This document shows positions 30,129 to 39,974 of a DNA stretch of 48,043 nt, piece by piece; position 1 is the stretch's first letter, and the number at the start of each line of letters is the position of its first letter. The notes beneath the pieces were generated by a model. The model made no database searches. It saw only the letters and a program-made list of their open reading frames with translations, and was not told the DNA's origin. The translations under genes and the position numbers were made by a program. The DNA comes from Myxococcota bacterium (GTDB taxonomy: Bacteria > Myxococcota_A > Bradymonadia > UBA7976 > UBA1532): the NCBI GenBank assembly GCA_036337435.1, contig JAYZEG010000056.1, positions 1 to 48,043 on the forward strand. Direction: 5' to 3'.

Positions 30129-32975
30129 TCAAACGCCTGCTCTACGCAACTCGATGAAGCTCGCTAATTGACTCTCTTGAGGGCTGATCCATTCGAAGCG
30201 TCCACCAAATGCAGACCGACTCACCAGATCCGACATCGCATCAACCCCCCGGTTATAAATGGGGGTGCCCAGAACATGACTGAGAAAGAGATCCGCATTG
30301 GCTGGCATGTGCAATTGACCAAGTAGGAAAGAACCACCCGGCGCCAAGAGCGCATGAATCTCATCGAGTAGGTCCAATAAAGCATCATCGGGTACGTCTT
30401 GGAGCAAAGTTTGGTAAACGATCATGTCCTGAGGCACGAGTCTTAATCGGGACCGGATCATTCCTCGGACGAGCACATTAAGTCTGATGAGAGATAGACG
30501 ACCTTTCATTTCAAGCTGCTCGGCTGCAGTACTGGCCGCAGACAAAGCTTCAACGAAGTTATTAACATAGGTTAATTTGAGGTTGTCCGGTGCACCGAGT
30601 TGACCGATTCGGTCAAAGATTTCACCCACCGATCCGGAGCCTAAGACCGTAAGCCTCCAGGCGTCGGCGGCTGATTGGTATTTATCATTGATGAACTCAC
30701 CAACAAAATCCGTCGCATCACGCATCCCGATGGCAAAGGGCTGCTCGTGGAACCATTGCTCGACCTGACGGCCCAGCGGGTTCTTGCTCAGTACGTGACC
30801 GCATCGAATGGCTTCTTGGACAGCGTGACTGGTTACCCCCTCCCCTTGCGCCATTTGGATCAGCTTACTCCTCATCAAAAACCGATAGGCTTCTCGACGG
30901 ATCGCAGTCCCCAGTTCGTGCAGGTTATCGGGGTGTTTTTCGGCTTGGTCTGCAAGTGCACTGACCAACCGGTCTGCGACTCTCGCGACGGAACCATCAG
31001 GCAAGTCCTGCTCTGAGAATGTGCCATCCATGTAGGGCCGTAAGGATCGTTGCAAGTCACCGACAGCGGCCACCAGCGCGACTGGAATATGGGGAGATGT
31101 CAACGCACCCTGACCTCCACTCTCGATGGGACTTCGACCCAAGTGTGACGAGTGCAATTTAGCGTTTGCAATGCGAACGCGCCGCGCGAGCCGTAACGCG
31201 AAACTATGAAAGAGACGCGCACTAAATCCAGGGTGATCAGCATGCATTTGTTGTAATCGATTCAAATCGAAACGTAAGACTGCACTGTCGGCGAGGGCGA
31301 CCACCGTTGCGGACGCTGCCTCCAGGCTCACGAAGGAGAGCTCCCCAACCAATTCACCCGGCCCTAAGACGGCAACTTCGATATCGACGCCATCTTTTTT
31401 GTTGCGGACGGCAAATAGACCCCTGATGACCAAGTAAAGAACACTCAAGTCCTGCCCTTCATGGAACAAGACATCTCCTTCACCGATGGCCGTTTCCTCG
31501 GCGAGTTCTCGCAAACGCTCATGGTCTTCGGGCAGCAACATCGCAAACGCATTCAGGGGGTCAAAGTCGCTTACAGACACATCGAGACTGCTGTCCGGTA
31601 CAACGGGCTCAATGGGTCCGGGACTCATGGTGCCTTGGTCTTTTAGCCACCCCTCCAGAGCAGCGTAGAAGGCATCGTTTGGAAGCCGCCCGTTTTCGTC
31701 GAATGAGTAGCGGGGCCTGATGCGGATGATCTGGCTCATGCTCATGGGCCCTTTACCCCGAACCGGAATGGTGCCCCGTTCTTCAGCAATAAAGAACTGT
31801 TCCACAGTCTCATAGACATCTGTCGCGAGATTGATGGTGCCGGCTTGTGCATGGGATTCCATCCGGCTCGCGACATTGACCGCGTCTCCCCAGAGATCAA
31901 AAGCAAAATTTCGACGGCCGACAACGCCAGCAACCACAGGCCCCACATGGAGACCCACGCGCATCCGCCACGGCGTGCCATCAGGCCCCCGCATGCCCTC
32001 ACGATCAACCACATCGAGCATTTCAAGACCAACAAGAATAGAACGGACTAAGTGACCCGGCTGCTCGCTGAGTACACCGCCAGCGCACATATAGCTATCA
32101 CCCATGGTTTTAATCCGTTCGAGACCATGCCGAAGTGAGACATCATCGAAATGAGAAAAAATCCGGTTGAGTCCATGAACCAGTTCACTTGGACTTATGC
32201 GGCTCGCTAAGCGGGTAAACCCAACAAAGTCTGAAAATAGAACTGAGCAATTGGCCACATGGCGTGGAGAATAGTGTCCTTCGCTTAGATACTCCTGAGC
32301 AACCTCGGGCGGCATGGCGTTGTAAAGTAGATCTTCTTTGGTGCCTTTTTCCAAAATTAACGAGCGCTCGAACTTAAATTGAGTCCAGCGTCGATGATGA
32401 TGAATCCCATGAATCATCAATCCCAAGAGTACGGTCGCGCAAAGATAATAATTCGCGACAGCAATCGGCTCTAAGTCGCGGGCTGGGAAAAAGATAAAAT
32501 CAACGACATTGAGCTGGGCGACAAAAGTGAAGACAAGGAAAAGAAGATGCTTTGTCCTTAGGGGGACTGCGGTCGCCAGAACGATGATCAGTAGATTAAA
32601 CCCCGCATAATAGGGCGTCGACAAGCCGCCTGCTAGAACAATGGAAATATCCAACGCCGCCGAATATGCAAAAGAAAAGGCATAGACGAGCCCGAGGCTT
32701 AATCTGGGCAGAATCGGATTCGTATTGAGTCGCCAGAGTATGATGACGAGTAGACAGGCAACACTGGCCAGACCCAAGCGAGCATAAGCAAGTTGCTCGT
32801 AGACGCCAGGGCTGACCAAATAATCGAGCCAACTAAAGAGGGGAAAAAAGACAAGACCAAGAGCGGCAAACCCCCAAAGTCCCTGGGTTCTCTGTTCGGC
32901 CAGATGTTCATCAAACGCAGACCGCATTTCGTCGGTGACCTGCATCTGTTTGAGGACCTGGTCAACTCGCATCAT
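30129..32975 (-). CDS. 6TM class III adenylate cyclase fused to a cNMP-binding domain and a degenerate class I SAM-methyltransferase-like domain
   Basis: Six hydrophobic segments; cyclase SVLFSDFVGFT, IKTMGDSYM, FDLWGDAVNVASRMES; cNMP-binding LFHEGQ...LYLVIRG...GELVGELSF; C-terminal VLGSGSVGE, PQDMIV, LLAPGGSFLLG. Confidence 0.9.
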   Translation of the reverse strand: MMRVDQVLKQMQVTDEMRSAFDEHLAEQRTQGLWGFAALGLVFFPLFSWLDYLVSPGVYEQLAYARLGLASVACLLVIILWRLNTNPILPRLSLGLVYAFSFAYSAALDISIVLAGGLSTPYYAGFNLLIIVLATAVPLRTKHLLFLVFTFVAQLNVVDFIFFPARDLEPIAVANYYLCATVLLGLMIHGIHHHRRWTQFKFERSLILEKGTKEDLLYNAMPPEVAQEYLSEGHYSPRHVANCSVLFSDFVGFTRLASRISPSELVHGLNRIFSHFDDVSLRHGLERIKTMGDSYMCAGGVLSEQPGHLVRSILVGLEMLDVVDREGMRGPDGTPWRMRVGLHVGPVVAGVVGRRNFAFDLWGDAVNVASRMESHAQAGTINLATDVYETVEQFFIAEERGTIPVRGKGPMSMSQIIRIRPRYSFDENGRLPNDAFYAALEGWLKDQGTMSPGPIEPVVPDSSLDVSVSDFDPLNAFAMLLPEDHERLRELAEETAIGEGDVLFHEGQDLSVLYLVIRGLFAVRNKKDGVDIEVAVLGPGELVGELSFVSLEAASATVVALADSAVLRFDLNRLQQMHADHPGFSARLFHSFALRLARRVRIANAKLHSSHLGRSPIESGGQGALTSPHIPVALVAAVGDLQRSLRPYMDGTFSEQDLPDGSVARVADRLVSALADQAEKHPDNLHELGTAIRREAYRFLMRSKLIQMAQGEGVTSHAVQEAIRCGHVLSKNPLGRQVEQWFHEQPFAIGMRDATDFVGEFINDKYQSAADAWRLTVLGSGSVGEIFDRIGQLGAPDNLKLTYVNNFVEALSAASTAAEQLEMKGRLSLIRLNVLVRGMIRSRLRLVPQDMIVYQTLLQDVPDDALLDLLDEIHALLAPGGSFLLGQLHMPANADLFLSHVLGTPIYNRGVDAMSDLVSRSAFGGRFEWISPQESQLASFIELRRAGV

Positions 32976-33075
32976 ACCCCTTTTGGCTAGACCATTATTC
33001 GAGCTCGTTCCCAGTGTATCGCGTTTCTGCTGAGGCGTTAATTTAACCTAGGCAACAAACCATGAGGCATACTGC

Positions 33076-34866
33076 TTATTGAAGCCGAACAGGCTCAAGG
33101 TCCAGACCGCCCGCGAACATATAGGATACAGCCTCATCAAAGCCCATGACCATCAAGCCGCACCGCTGTGGGCAGGATAGCGTAAATCGCCCGCTTTCCA
33201 ACAATTGGATTCGGCCTGCTCTCAACCCATCACCGAATTCGTAGAGAGAATTGGCCACATCCCGTCCGTTCAGTTCCACCGTCCCCCCCTCGTGGCTGAC
33301 AATCGAGGCATATTGACTGGTATATTCATTGGGGACTAAGAAAGTATCGTCCTGACGCCACTGAGCGACAGGGGGTACAAACGCCAATGCGGGGTCTCCA
33401 GACTGGCCATCGGTCGATAGCAACATTTGCCCAACGAGGATAGGGTGATTGGCTCTGATTTCGGTGTCGTTTTGAATGTAGACGTCACAGTAGTCACCAG
33501 CAACTAAAGCACCACATTGTCCAGAGACTGGTGCAGGTGAAAATTCGATTCGAGTGTCGCCAGCCGATGCAAGGAGTCGGAGTCGATCGGGTGCAATACG
33601 ACCCCCTCGGCCAATGTCCTCGCGTTCTGCGCTGCGCGCAACCGCAAATCTGACGCCCCAAGTCGACATGGGCAACAGCTGCTCTTCCACGTGGTCGCCG
33701 CAACAGAGGGGGTCATTGGCACCGTCGCGTCTCCGATCGCTCAATAGGGTCGACTCATGACCGACAAAAACAGCAATTGTTTTACCGTCTCTCGCTGCGA
33801 TTCGTGTCCCCGTAAGATCACCGCGCTCTGCCGCTTCCAGGTTGAGAACATCACCCTGTTGCAAACGAAAGGTGTGTTCCATACGCGCTGGAAACGATGT
33901 TTGTCTTATCCCTGCGCGAATGTCTGCGCTGGGCGTGACTGCAATCTCTGTCTGTCCTGGCTCGGTCGCCACGATGGTCAAATAGCCGCTATAGGGATGG
34001 CCATATGGGCGTCGCTCGATGGTTGGCAGCGTCAGAACGAGATAGACTGAATCAAGGGCATGGCTCGGGAGCAATAACGAGCCATCGTTGGAAAAAACCC
34101 CGTCATTGTCGAGCGGGTTGAACTGATAAGCCACAATGGGCCCAGTGCTCGTCAGCCGGTAGGCCGTTCGCGTGACCCCTGATCCATCGATGGATGCATC
34201 CAAAACGCCGTTTCGATAGGGCTCAAGCCGCGTAACACCGCCTGGCGGGACAACATCGGACAGAGATTGTCCATCGGGTGCCAACAGGTTCACATCCACT
34301 GAGGACGCTGTCGACGGATTGGAAATCACAATACTAAAATTTGAATTCTGAGCATCCAGAACGCACGCCGGGGCTTGCTGGCAAACCTGCGTTTCAGGAC
34401 ATCGTCTTCCCAAGTCGCATAGGCCCGCCAAGCGGTTATCCAACACACAGACAAATAAGTCGTCGCGATAGTGCCAATTGTCGTTGCCAGGGATGTCGCA
34501 CACGCCATCTACGGGTGGAACAGGAAAAACTTCGATGGCGTTATCTAAATCGACAGGCCAATACTCGCAACCGATATAGGACCGTCTGGTCGCATTGGCT
34601 GCACATGAGTCTTGGATTCCACCGCATCCGCCAGCTTCATTGGTTTGGATCCAAAGGCCATTGCCACCACAAACCTCCCGGTAGCCATCACTACAGCGTT
34701 CTTCACCAGGGTTGCACTGACCAAGTAAACCGTCGAGTTGGCTAGGCCCCCCATCGAGGGGCTGTTCAGCCTCGAGAGCACTGCTGCACCCCATGGCAAT
34801 GACAGAGGTAACGCTTATCCAAAGCACCAGAGTTCGTGTGGTCAAAGGCCGTCTCGTACGGATCAT
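33076..34866 (-). CDS. IgGFc-binding-domain lipoprotein
   Basis: Lipobox AMGC; SYIGCEYWPVDLDN, PIVAYQFNPL, SNDGSLLLP, DHVEEQLLP, GDPALAFVPP, VSYMFAGG are motifs I recall from myxobacterial IgGFc_binding proteins. Confidence 0.82.
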   Translation of the reverse strand: MIRTRRPLTTRTLVLWISVTSVIAMGCSSALEAEQPLDGGPSQLDGLLGQCNPGEERCSDGYREVCGGNGLWIQTNEAGGCGGIQDSCAANATRRSYIGCEYWPVDLDNAIEVFPVPPVDGVCDIPGNDNWHYRDDLFVCVLDNRLAGLCDLGRRCPETQVCQQAPACVLDAQNSNFSIVISNPSTASSVDVNLLAPDGQSLSDVVPPGGVTRLEPYRNGVLDASIDGSGVTRTAYRLTSTGPIVAYQFNPLDNDGVFSNDGSLLLPSHALDSVYLVLTLPTIERRPYGHPYSGYLTIVATEPGQTEIAVTPSADIRAGIRQTSFPARMEHTFRLQQGDVLNLEAAERGDLTGTRIAARDGKTIAVFVGHESTLLSDRRRDGANDPLCCGDHVEEQLLPMSTWGVRFAVARSAEREDIGRGGRIAPDRLRLLASAGDTRIEFSPAPVSGQCGALVAGDYCDVYIQNDTEIRANHPILVGQMLLSTDGQSGDPALAFVPPVAQWRQDDTFLVPNEYTSQYASIVSHEGGTVELNGRDVANSLYEFGDGLRAGRIQLLESGRFTLSCPQRCGLMVMGFDEAVSYMFAGGLDLEPVRLQ

Positions 34867-34956
34867 CTGGTATCCTTCCCCATTATCTCGAATAGATGGT
34901 ACACAGATTCAGTGCAGTTTTGCCATCCTGGCGACAACAACTCGGGGGATTTTGTA

Positions 34957-37900
34957 ATGCATAAGATGAACCAATTGTTCGGTATCAGCGTGATGTGCTT
35001 CGCCATCAGCTGTGCGGAACCTGCGCCCGACATCGACCGAACGCAAGGTAATCTCATCGCAAAACAAGACCTGGCCGGTGAGTGGTACATGATGCAAACC
35101 ATCACCGGCGTACCGCCCACCAGCTGGTTTACGTTTATCGGAGAAACCGGTCGGACCGAGCGTATACGTTGGGAGATTCAGCGCGACTTACTGGTCGCAT
35201 ATCGCAGTTATCCCCTTGTTCGCGGCGCAGATGCACCGTCCACAGACGTTCCGTTCGATGGAACCGATAACCCCGTGGCGGCTTATCGCATTATCAACCA
35301 CGTCGATCTAATCCGGGATTACAACACCGCGACGGGCGAACAGAGCAATGTCATCGTAGAAAATGTCTCAGACCGCCTTTGGCACGAACGAGACTATGTG
35401 CGGGTCGACTGGTCACAAAGCTTGGTCAGTAACTTCGACTTCATTGCACCCACTGCTAGCGTGACAAACGCAGCCTATTTTGTGCCAGAGGAACTTGGCC
35501 AAAGAAGTCCTGAACATGCCGAGGATGCTTTTTATCGCGAGCGGACCGAGGATGGCAGAACGCACTACTTCGACGTCAATGGCAAGATGTTCGTCGAGCC
35601 CGACATATGGGGCTGCGTGTACACCTGGTGGGGCTTTGCCGCCGAAGATTGTACAGCTGCCGAAATCAAGATGAGAACATCCTTTAGCCGAGTTGAACAA
35701 GCCAATGACTATGAACCGTTTCATTACAGCGACCAATTACTGAGTCGTTTCGGCTATTTTAGGACAGAGTACTTTACCTATGATGAGCAGCGTGGTTTGA
35801 CAGAGTCAGGACGACGTTACCTCATTAATCGCCACAATATCTGGACGAAGACGCGAGATGAAAACGGTGTGATTCCAATTCCTCAGCGTTCACTGAGGAC
35901 CATCCCGTACTATCTGTCCAAGAACTTTCCACAAGATGAGCTTCTGTTGGAGGCTGCGAAGGCATCGGTCGACCAGTGGAATCGTGCCTTACTCGACGGC
36001 TTGGCGGCCTTTGAGTTTACAAGCGAGAAAGCCGTCTTTGTACTTTGCCACAATCCAGTTCAAGACGCAGACCCAAGGGCCTGCGGCGAACGCGGTTTTT
36101 CCCCGCGAATCGGCGACCTACGATACTCGACCTTGCACTGGGTAGACACGGAGACACTGGCTGGCCTGCTCGGCTACGGACCGTCAACAACCGACCCAGT
36201 CACCGGAGAGATTATTGCGGGTAAAGCCTATGTTTACGGAGCCGCCATCAACACCTGGGCCACATATGCAGTGGATGTCATCCGATATTTCAATGGAGAC
36301 CTGGACCTGTCTACTCTGGTTTATGGCCGCCATTTTACTCGGGAGGTGAGTGCTCGTGCCGCGAACATAAACGGCGTAAACGGACATTCGGAGCGGCTCG
36401 ATCAACGACCCCTTCGACGACCCGTTGGACGACCAGACCGTCTGGCCCGGCCCAATGTGCGAAAAACCGATTTGCGCGCCTATGATCGCTCCGCCGTTGA
36501 GCAAAAAATTAAACGCGCTCATGCAATGGGTGGCCGCGCTCACGTTGGTAATCCAGAGGTGCAAAAAGCCCTTGCCCGGCGCACGCATCTTGGCACGAAT
36601 CGGCAAACCCAAGACCCCGACTCACTTCCCGATGCAACCCTCAGCCTAAACCCAATTGCATTTAAGAAACGCGAACACATTCGGCGCGAGGCACGCGCTC
36701 AATCTGTTGACTTTCATGACATGGTCGCCCCCGACATTGAAGGCATTGTGAGGCGATACGCCGGGCGAACTGATTATGATGAAATCTGGCGAGAGATCCG
36801 AGCCGAAGTGTTTGCATCAACGACTGAGCATGAGCTCGGACACACATTAGGCCTCAGGCACAATTTCCAGGGCAGTTATGACAGTTTGAACTACCACGAG
36901 GCGTATTGGGATGCGCGTCAAGAGAATCTATTTCCGGCTGAGTCACTCGGAGACCTGTACAGGATGAGTGAACTCACCGAAGAGCAGAAAAACCGCGCGA
37001 TGCGCCAGCATCAATACAGTTCCATTATGGATTACGGATACAACTGGCATAATGACTTGGAAGGTCTCGGGAAATACGACCGCGCTGCCCTCGTATTTGG
37101 GTATACGTCGGGTGGTTATGCGACCGATGGAGCCCTCTGCGACCAGTATCCGAGTACACAGTCCCAATCCGGATGTATTGCCCAACTGCCGGGATTGGTG
37201 GAGGTTTTCAAAAAAAGGCGGGTGGAGTTGGGTGATGCAGGTGACCTCTTGACGAAGCGGGAGAGCGCATTTGCTTACGATGATTCCGGTCTGCCTTCAA
37301 TCAACATTCTCGAACGCTATCACTACACAACCCTCGCACTCGCATTTCCAGAGCTTTCGGACATGCGAGATAGTGGGCGCGAGTGGATGAACTATGCACA
37401 GTATTTGAATGGTCTTTCCGAAGAAAACCGGGTCGTGCGTGTACCCTACATGTTTTGTTCCGATGAATGGGAGTCCGGTCTCGTGAGCTGTCATGCCTTC
37501 GATCAAGGCGCTGACCCATTCGAAATTGTTCGTGCCAAGATCGACCAATATCGGGCCTATTATCCATTTACCAATTTCCGTATGGACAATCCTTTTTTTG
37601 AAGTCTGGTATCCATTAGACTCATATTTCTGGAGAATATTCCTACCACTCTCGGACGTCTTCCAAAGCTGGTACGTCGCCCCTTATGGCGATGACCCGCT
37701 TTTCGACCGCAGTTATGACCTAGCCATTAATGCGGGGTTTAATCTCTTGTCCGAAGTCTTGACGACACCCGCCTATGGAACTTGGTGCCAAAATGAAGAT
37801 GGCCGCATGATTCACCTCAGTGATGAACCGGTCTTACAGGGTGACAATGTGCCTACCGCTGGCTGTTTGCAAGGGGGCCAGCAGCTCTACGTCCCACCCG

Positions 37901-39378
37901 GTGAAGGGCGCCGCCGCTTTTCCATTTACGATACCACTGTCGGTTATTACTTCCCCTACAGACCCCAGGAAGCAGGTCATTATTGGGCGACCTTGGCAGC
38001 CCTTTGGGCAATGACTGACCCCGAAGCGTTTATTCTCGGCGTCGATGGCGATGCCGGAACCTATGCCATTTCTTTCTACGATTGGTTTACCGATGAGTTC
38101 ACTCAATTGATGAATAACCTGCTTGTCGAAGACTTCAACGCATTCGCACCCAGTGCCCAGATCATTCCGGGCGAAGTCGATGACAACAATGTGTCTGTTG
38201 CGCGCGTCAGCTACCAGTCTCCAGCCCCCATCTACGATGCTGAACGCGGTGCACGATTTAATCCCGAGACAGGACGACGGCTTCATACAGATATCGGGGG
38301 TAACTCATCCATGTGCGAGTCCTGCACAGAGAGCTCACAGTGCTTGGGTTACACAGGTCGCTTTGGTGGTGTATTCTGCGAAGCAATTGAGGACGGTGAT
38401 GAGGCCTACCATTGCCTCAAAGACTGCACCAACAGTCCAGATGGGTGTCCTGCTGGGACCAGCTGTAACGGGTCCGCCTGCGTACCCGATTCTGGACAGT
38501 GCGGCCCAAGTATTGCTCCATGTAGTCCCCAATGGCCTTATGGCCAATGCGCGAGCGGTCGCTGCGTCGACGGCGCGTGTCAAGACGTCCCCGTAAACGT
38601 CCTCATGCAAGCTGAACCGACCTTCATGTTGACCAGTGACATCATTTGGTATGGTTTTCTCTTTACCACCTCCTCATTTTCGACTCGATTCAATGATCAA
38701 CTCAACGTATTTCGACCGGGAACAAATGGTCAGGTTGAAGCCGTTGATGACCAATCGAGTCGAATTACCTTCACGGATCCGACAAGCGGCGTATCGTATG
38801 CCGCCGTTCAGCCAAACTGCCCGCAAGTCGACGCATTTGTTATCGCTGGTTCAAGCGGCCTATGCAGTCCCTGTGAAACCAATCGCGAATGCGCTGGACA
38901 TACGGGCGAACTCGGCGGTGTTTATTGCCAGCCCATCGGCAACAATGAAGATGAATACTTTTGCTTAAAAGATTGCTCCGAGGCACCTGACTCATGCGGG
39001 CCAGGTTCGGTCTGTGATGACATTGGCAACTGCATTCCGGAGGCGGGACAATGCTATGAACCACGACAATGTAGCGGCCGTCATCCCTTGGGCAGTTGTG
39101 ATGCCGGCAACACCTGTATCGATGGTCGATGTGTGTCGGCTCAATGTCTGTATGGCAGTTCCGATGATACTGGGGCTGTTCGTCTCGTGAAACGCGGTCT
39201 CGAGCTCAGTGCTCAATACAATGAGGCACTGAGCAATTGGTATCGATTCGATGAAGATCCGGAGCAAGAGGCTGTCTATGGTCGACTCTATTATCAAGCG
39301 AAATATGCCTTGGAAAACCATGTCGACTTACTCGAAACATTGCTGGCAACCTACTCGATTTTTGGTCGGGTCTACTAA
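34957..39378 (+). CDS. Large zinc metalloprotease lipoprotein (metzincin, EcxA-like) with two inserted Cys-rich modules
   Basis: Start ATG 34957 after GGGGGA; lipobox AISC; RFGYF, RIGDLRY, GPSTTDPVTGEII, HELGHTLGLRHNF, Met-turn SSIMDY. Confidence 0.88.
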   Translation: MHKMNQLFGISVMCFAISCAEPAPDIDRTQGNLIAKQDLAGEWYMMQTITGVPPTSWFTFIGETGRTERIRWEIQRDLLVAYRSYPLVRGADAPSTDVPFDGTDNPVAAYRIINHVDLIRDYNTATGEQSNVIVENVSDRLWHERDYVRVDWSQSLVSNFDFIAPTASVTNAAYFVPEELGQRSPEHAEDAFYRERTEDGRTHYFDVNGKMFVEPDIWGCVYTWWGFAAEDCTAAEIKMRTSFSRVEQANDYEPFHYSDQLLSRFGYFRTEYFTYDEQRGLTESGRRYLINRHNIWTKTRDENGVIPIPQRSLRTIPYYLSKNFPQDELLLEAAKASVDQWNRALLDGLAAFEFTSEKAVFVLCHNPVQDADPRACGERGFSPRIGDLRYSTLHWVDTETLAGLLGYGPSTTDPVTGEIIAGKAYVYGAAINTWATYAVDVIRYFNGDLDLSTLVYGRHFTREVSARAANINGVNGHSERLDQRPLRRPVGRPDRLARPNVRKTDLRAYDRSAVEQKIKRAHAMGGRAHVGNPEVQKALARRTHLGTNRQTQDPDSLPDATLSLNPIAFKKREHIRREARAQSVDFHDMVAPDIEGIVRRYAGRTDYDEIWREIRAEVFASTTEHELGHTLGLRHNFQGSYDSLNYHEAYWDARQENLFPAESLGDLYRMSELTEEQKNRAMRQHQYSSIMDYGYNWHNDLEGLGKYDRAALVFGYTSGGYATDGALCDQYPSTQSQSGCIAQLPGLVEVFKKRRVELGDAGDLLTKRESAFAYDDSGLPSINILERYHYTTLALAFPELSDMRDSGREWMNYAQYLNGLSEENRVVRVPYMFCSDEWESGLVSCHAFDQGADPFEIVRAKIDQYRAYYPFTNFRMDNPFFEVWYPLDSYFWRIFLPLSDVFQSWYVAPYGDDPLFDRSYDLAINAGFNLLSEVLTTPAYGTWCQNEDGRMIHLSDEPVLQGDNVPTAGCLQGGQQLYVPPGEGRRRFSIYDTTVGYYFPYRPQEAGHYWATLAALWAMTDPEAFILGVDGDAGTYAISFYDWFTDEFTQLMNNLLVEDFNAFAPSAQIIPGEVDDNNVSVARVSYQSPAPIYDAERGARFNPETGRRLHTDIGGNSSMCESCTESSQCLGYTGRFGGVFCEAIEDGDEAYHCLKDCTNSPDGCPAGTSCNGSACVPDSGQCGPSIAPCSPQWPYGQCASGRCVDGACQDVPVNVLMQAEPTFMLTSDIIWYGFLFTTSSFSTRFNDQLNVFRPGTNGQVEAVDDQSSRITFTDPTSGVSYAAVQPNCPQVDAFVIAGSSGLCSPCETNRECAGHTGELGGVYCQPIGNNEDEYFCLKDCSEAPDSCGPGSVCDDIGNCIPEAGQCYEPRQCSGRHPLGSCDAGNTCIDGRCVSAQCLYGSSDDTGAVRLVKRGLELSAQYNEALSNWYRFDEDPEQEAVYGRLYYQAKYALENHVDLLETLLATYSIFGRVY

Positions 39379-39941
39379 TGAAGGACGAGATCTCATTGGA
39401 ATGGGAAAAACTGGCTCGGACGGTCGGAGACGACTTCAAAATTTTCTCCGTTTATCGGCAAGATGCCATCCACAGAGCCAGCGGGCGTCGCGGTCAATTT
39501 ACGGTGGTCGATAGCCCGGACTGGGTTAATGTGATTCCCATCACAGCCGATGAAGAGGTTATTTTTGTTCGGCAGTACAGACATGGAACCGGAGAGATCT
39601 CCCTTGAGATTCCAGGGGGTCTCGTCGATCCGGGCGAGAGCTTTCTGGACGCTGGCCTGAGAGAATTAACCGAGGAGACAGGCTATGTATCGGAACACGC
39701 CTCTCTGATGTCAATCATCGAACCAAACCCCGCTTTCATGAATAATCGATGTGGGTTGATTATCGCCTACCCGGTCTCCCCGACTGGACAACAAGAATTG
39801 GACACCAACGAAGTCATCGAAGTCGTTCGATATCCACTCAATGAGGTCTCGAAACTCATCGCCAATGGCGTGATTAGGCATACGCTCGTCATTTCGGCTT
39901 TCTACATGCTCGAGCACATGGATTGGAGACGCCAAAAGTGA
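39378..39941 (+). CDS. NUDIX hydrolase (ADP-ribose pyrophosphatase-like)
   Basis: Nudix box GGLVDPGESFLDAGLRELTEETGY, VRQYRHG; TAATG overlap with the protease stop. Confidence 0.92.
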   Translation: MKDEISLEWEKLARTVGDDFKIFSVYRQDAIHRASGRRGQFTVVDSPDWVNVIPITADEEVIFVRQYRHGTGEISLEIPGGLVDPGESFLDAGLRELTEETGYVSEHASLMSIIEPNPAFMNNRCGLIIAYPVSPTGQQELDTNEVIEVVRYPLNEVSKLIANGVIRHTLVISAFYMLEHMDWRRQK

Positions 39942-39974
39942 GCGTTGGCCGATACACGATAAAGGCGTCGGCAG

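Noticed and set aside
34738..34956. N-terminal extensions given by the ORF track (also 9395, 11938, 22917, 2951, 28672, 44457)
   Set aside because: Downstream starts have SD sequences and give proper signal peptides or family N-termini; the 34738 extension overlaps the divergent gene.
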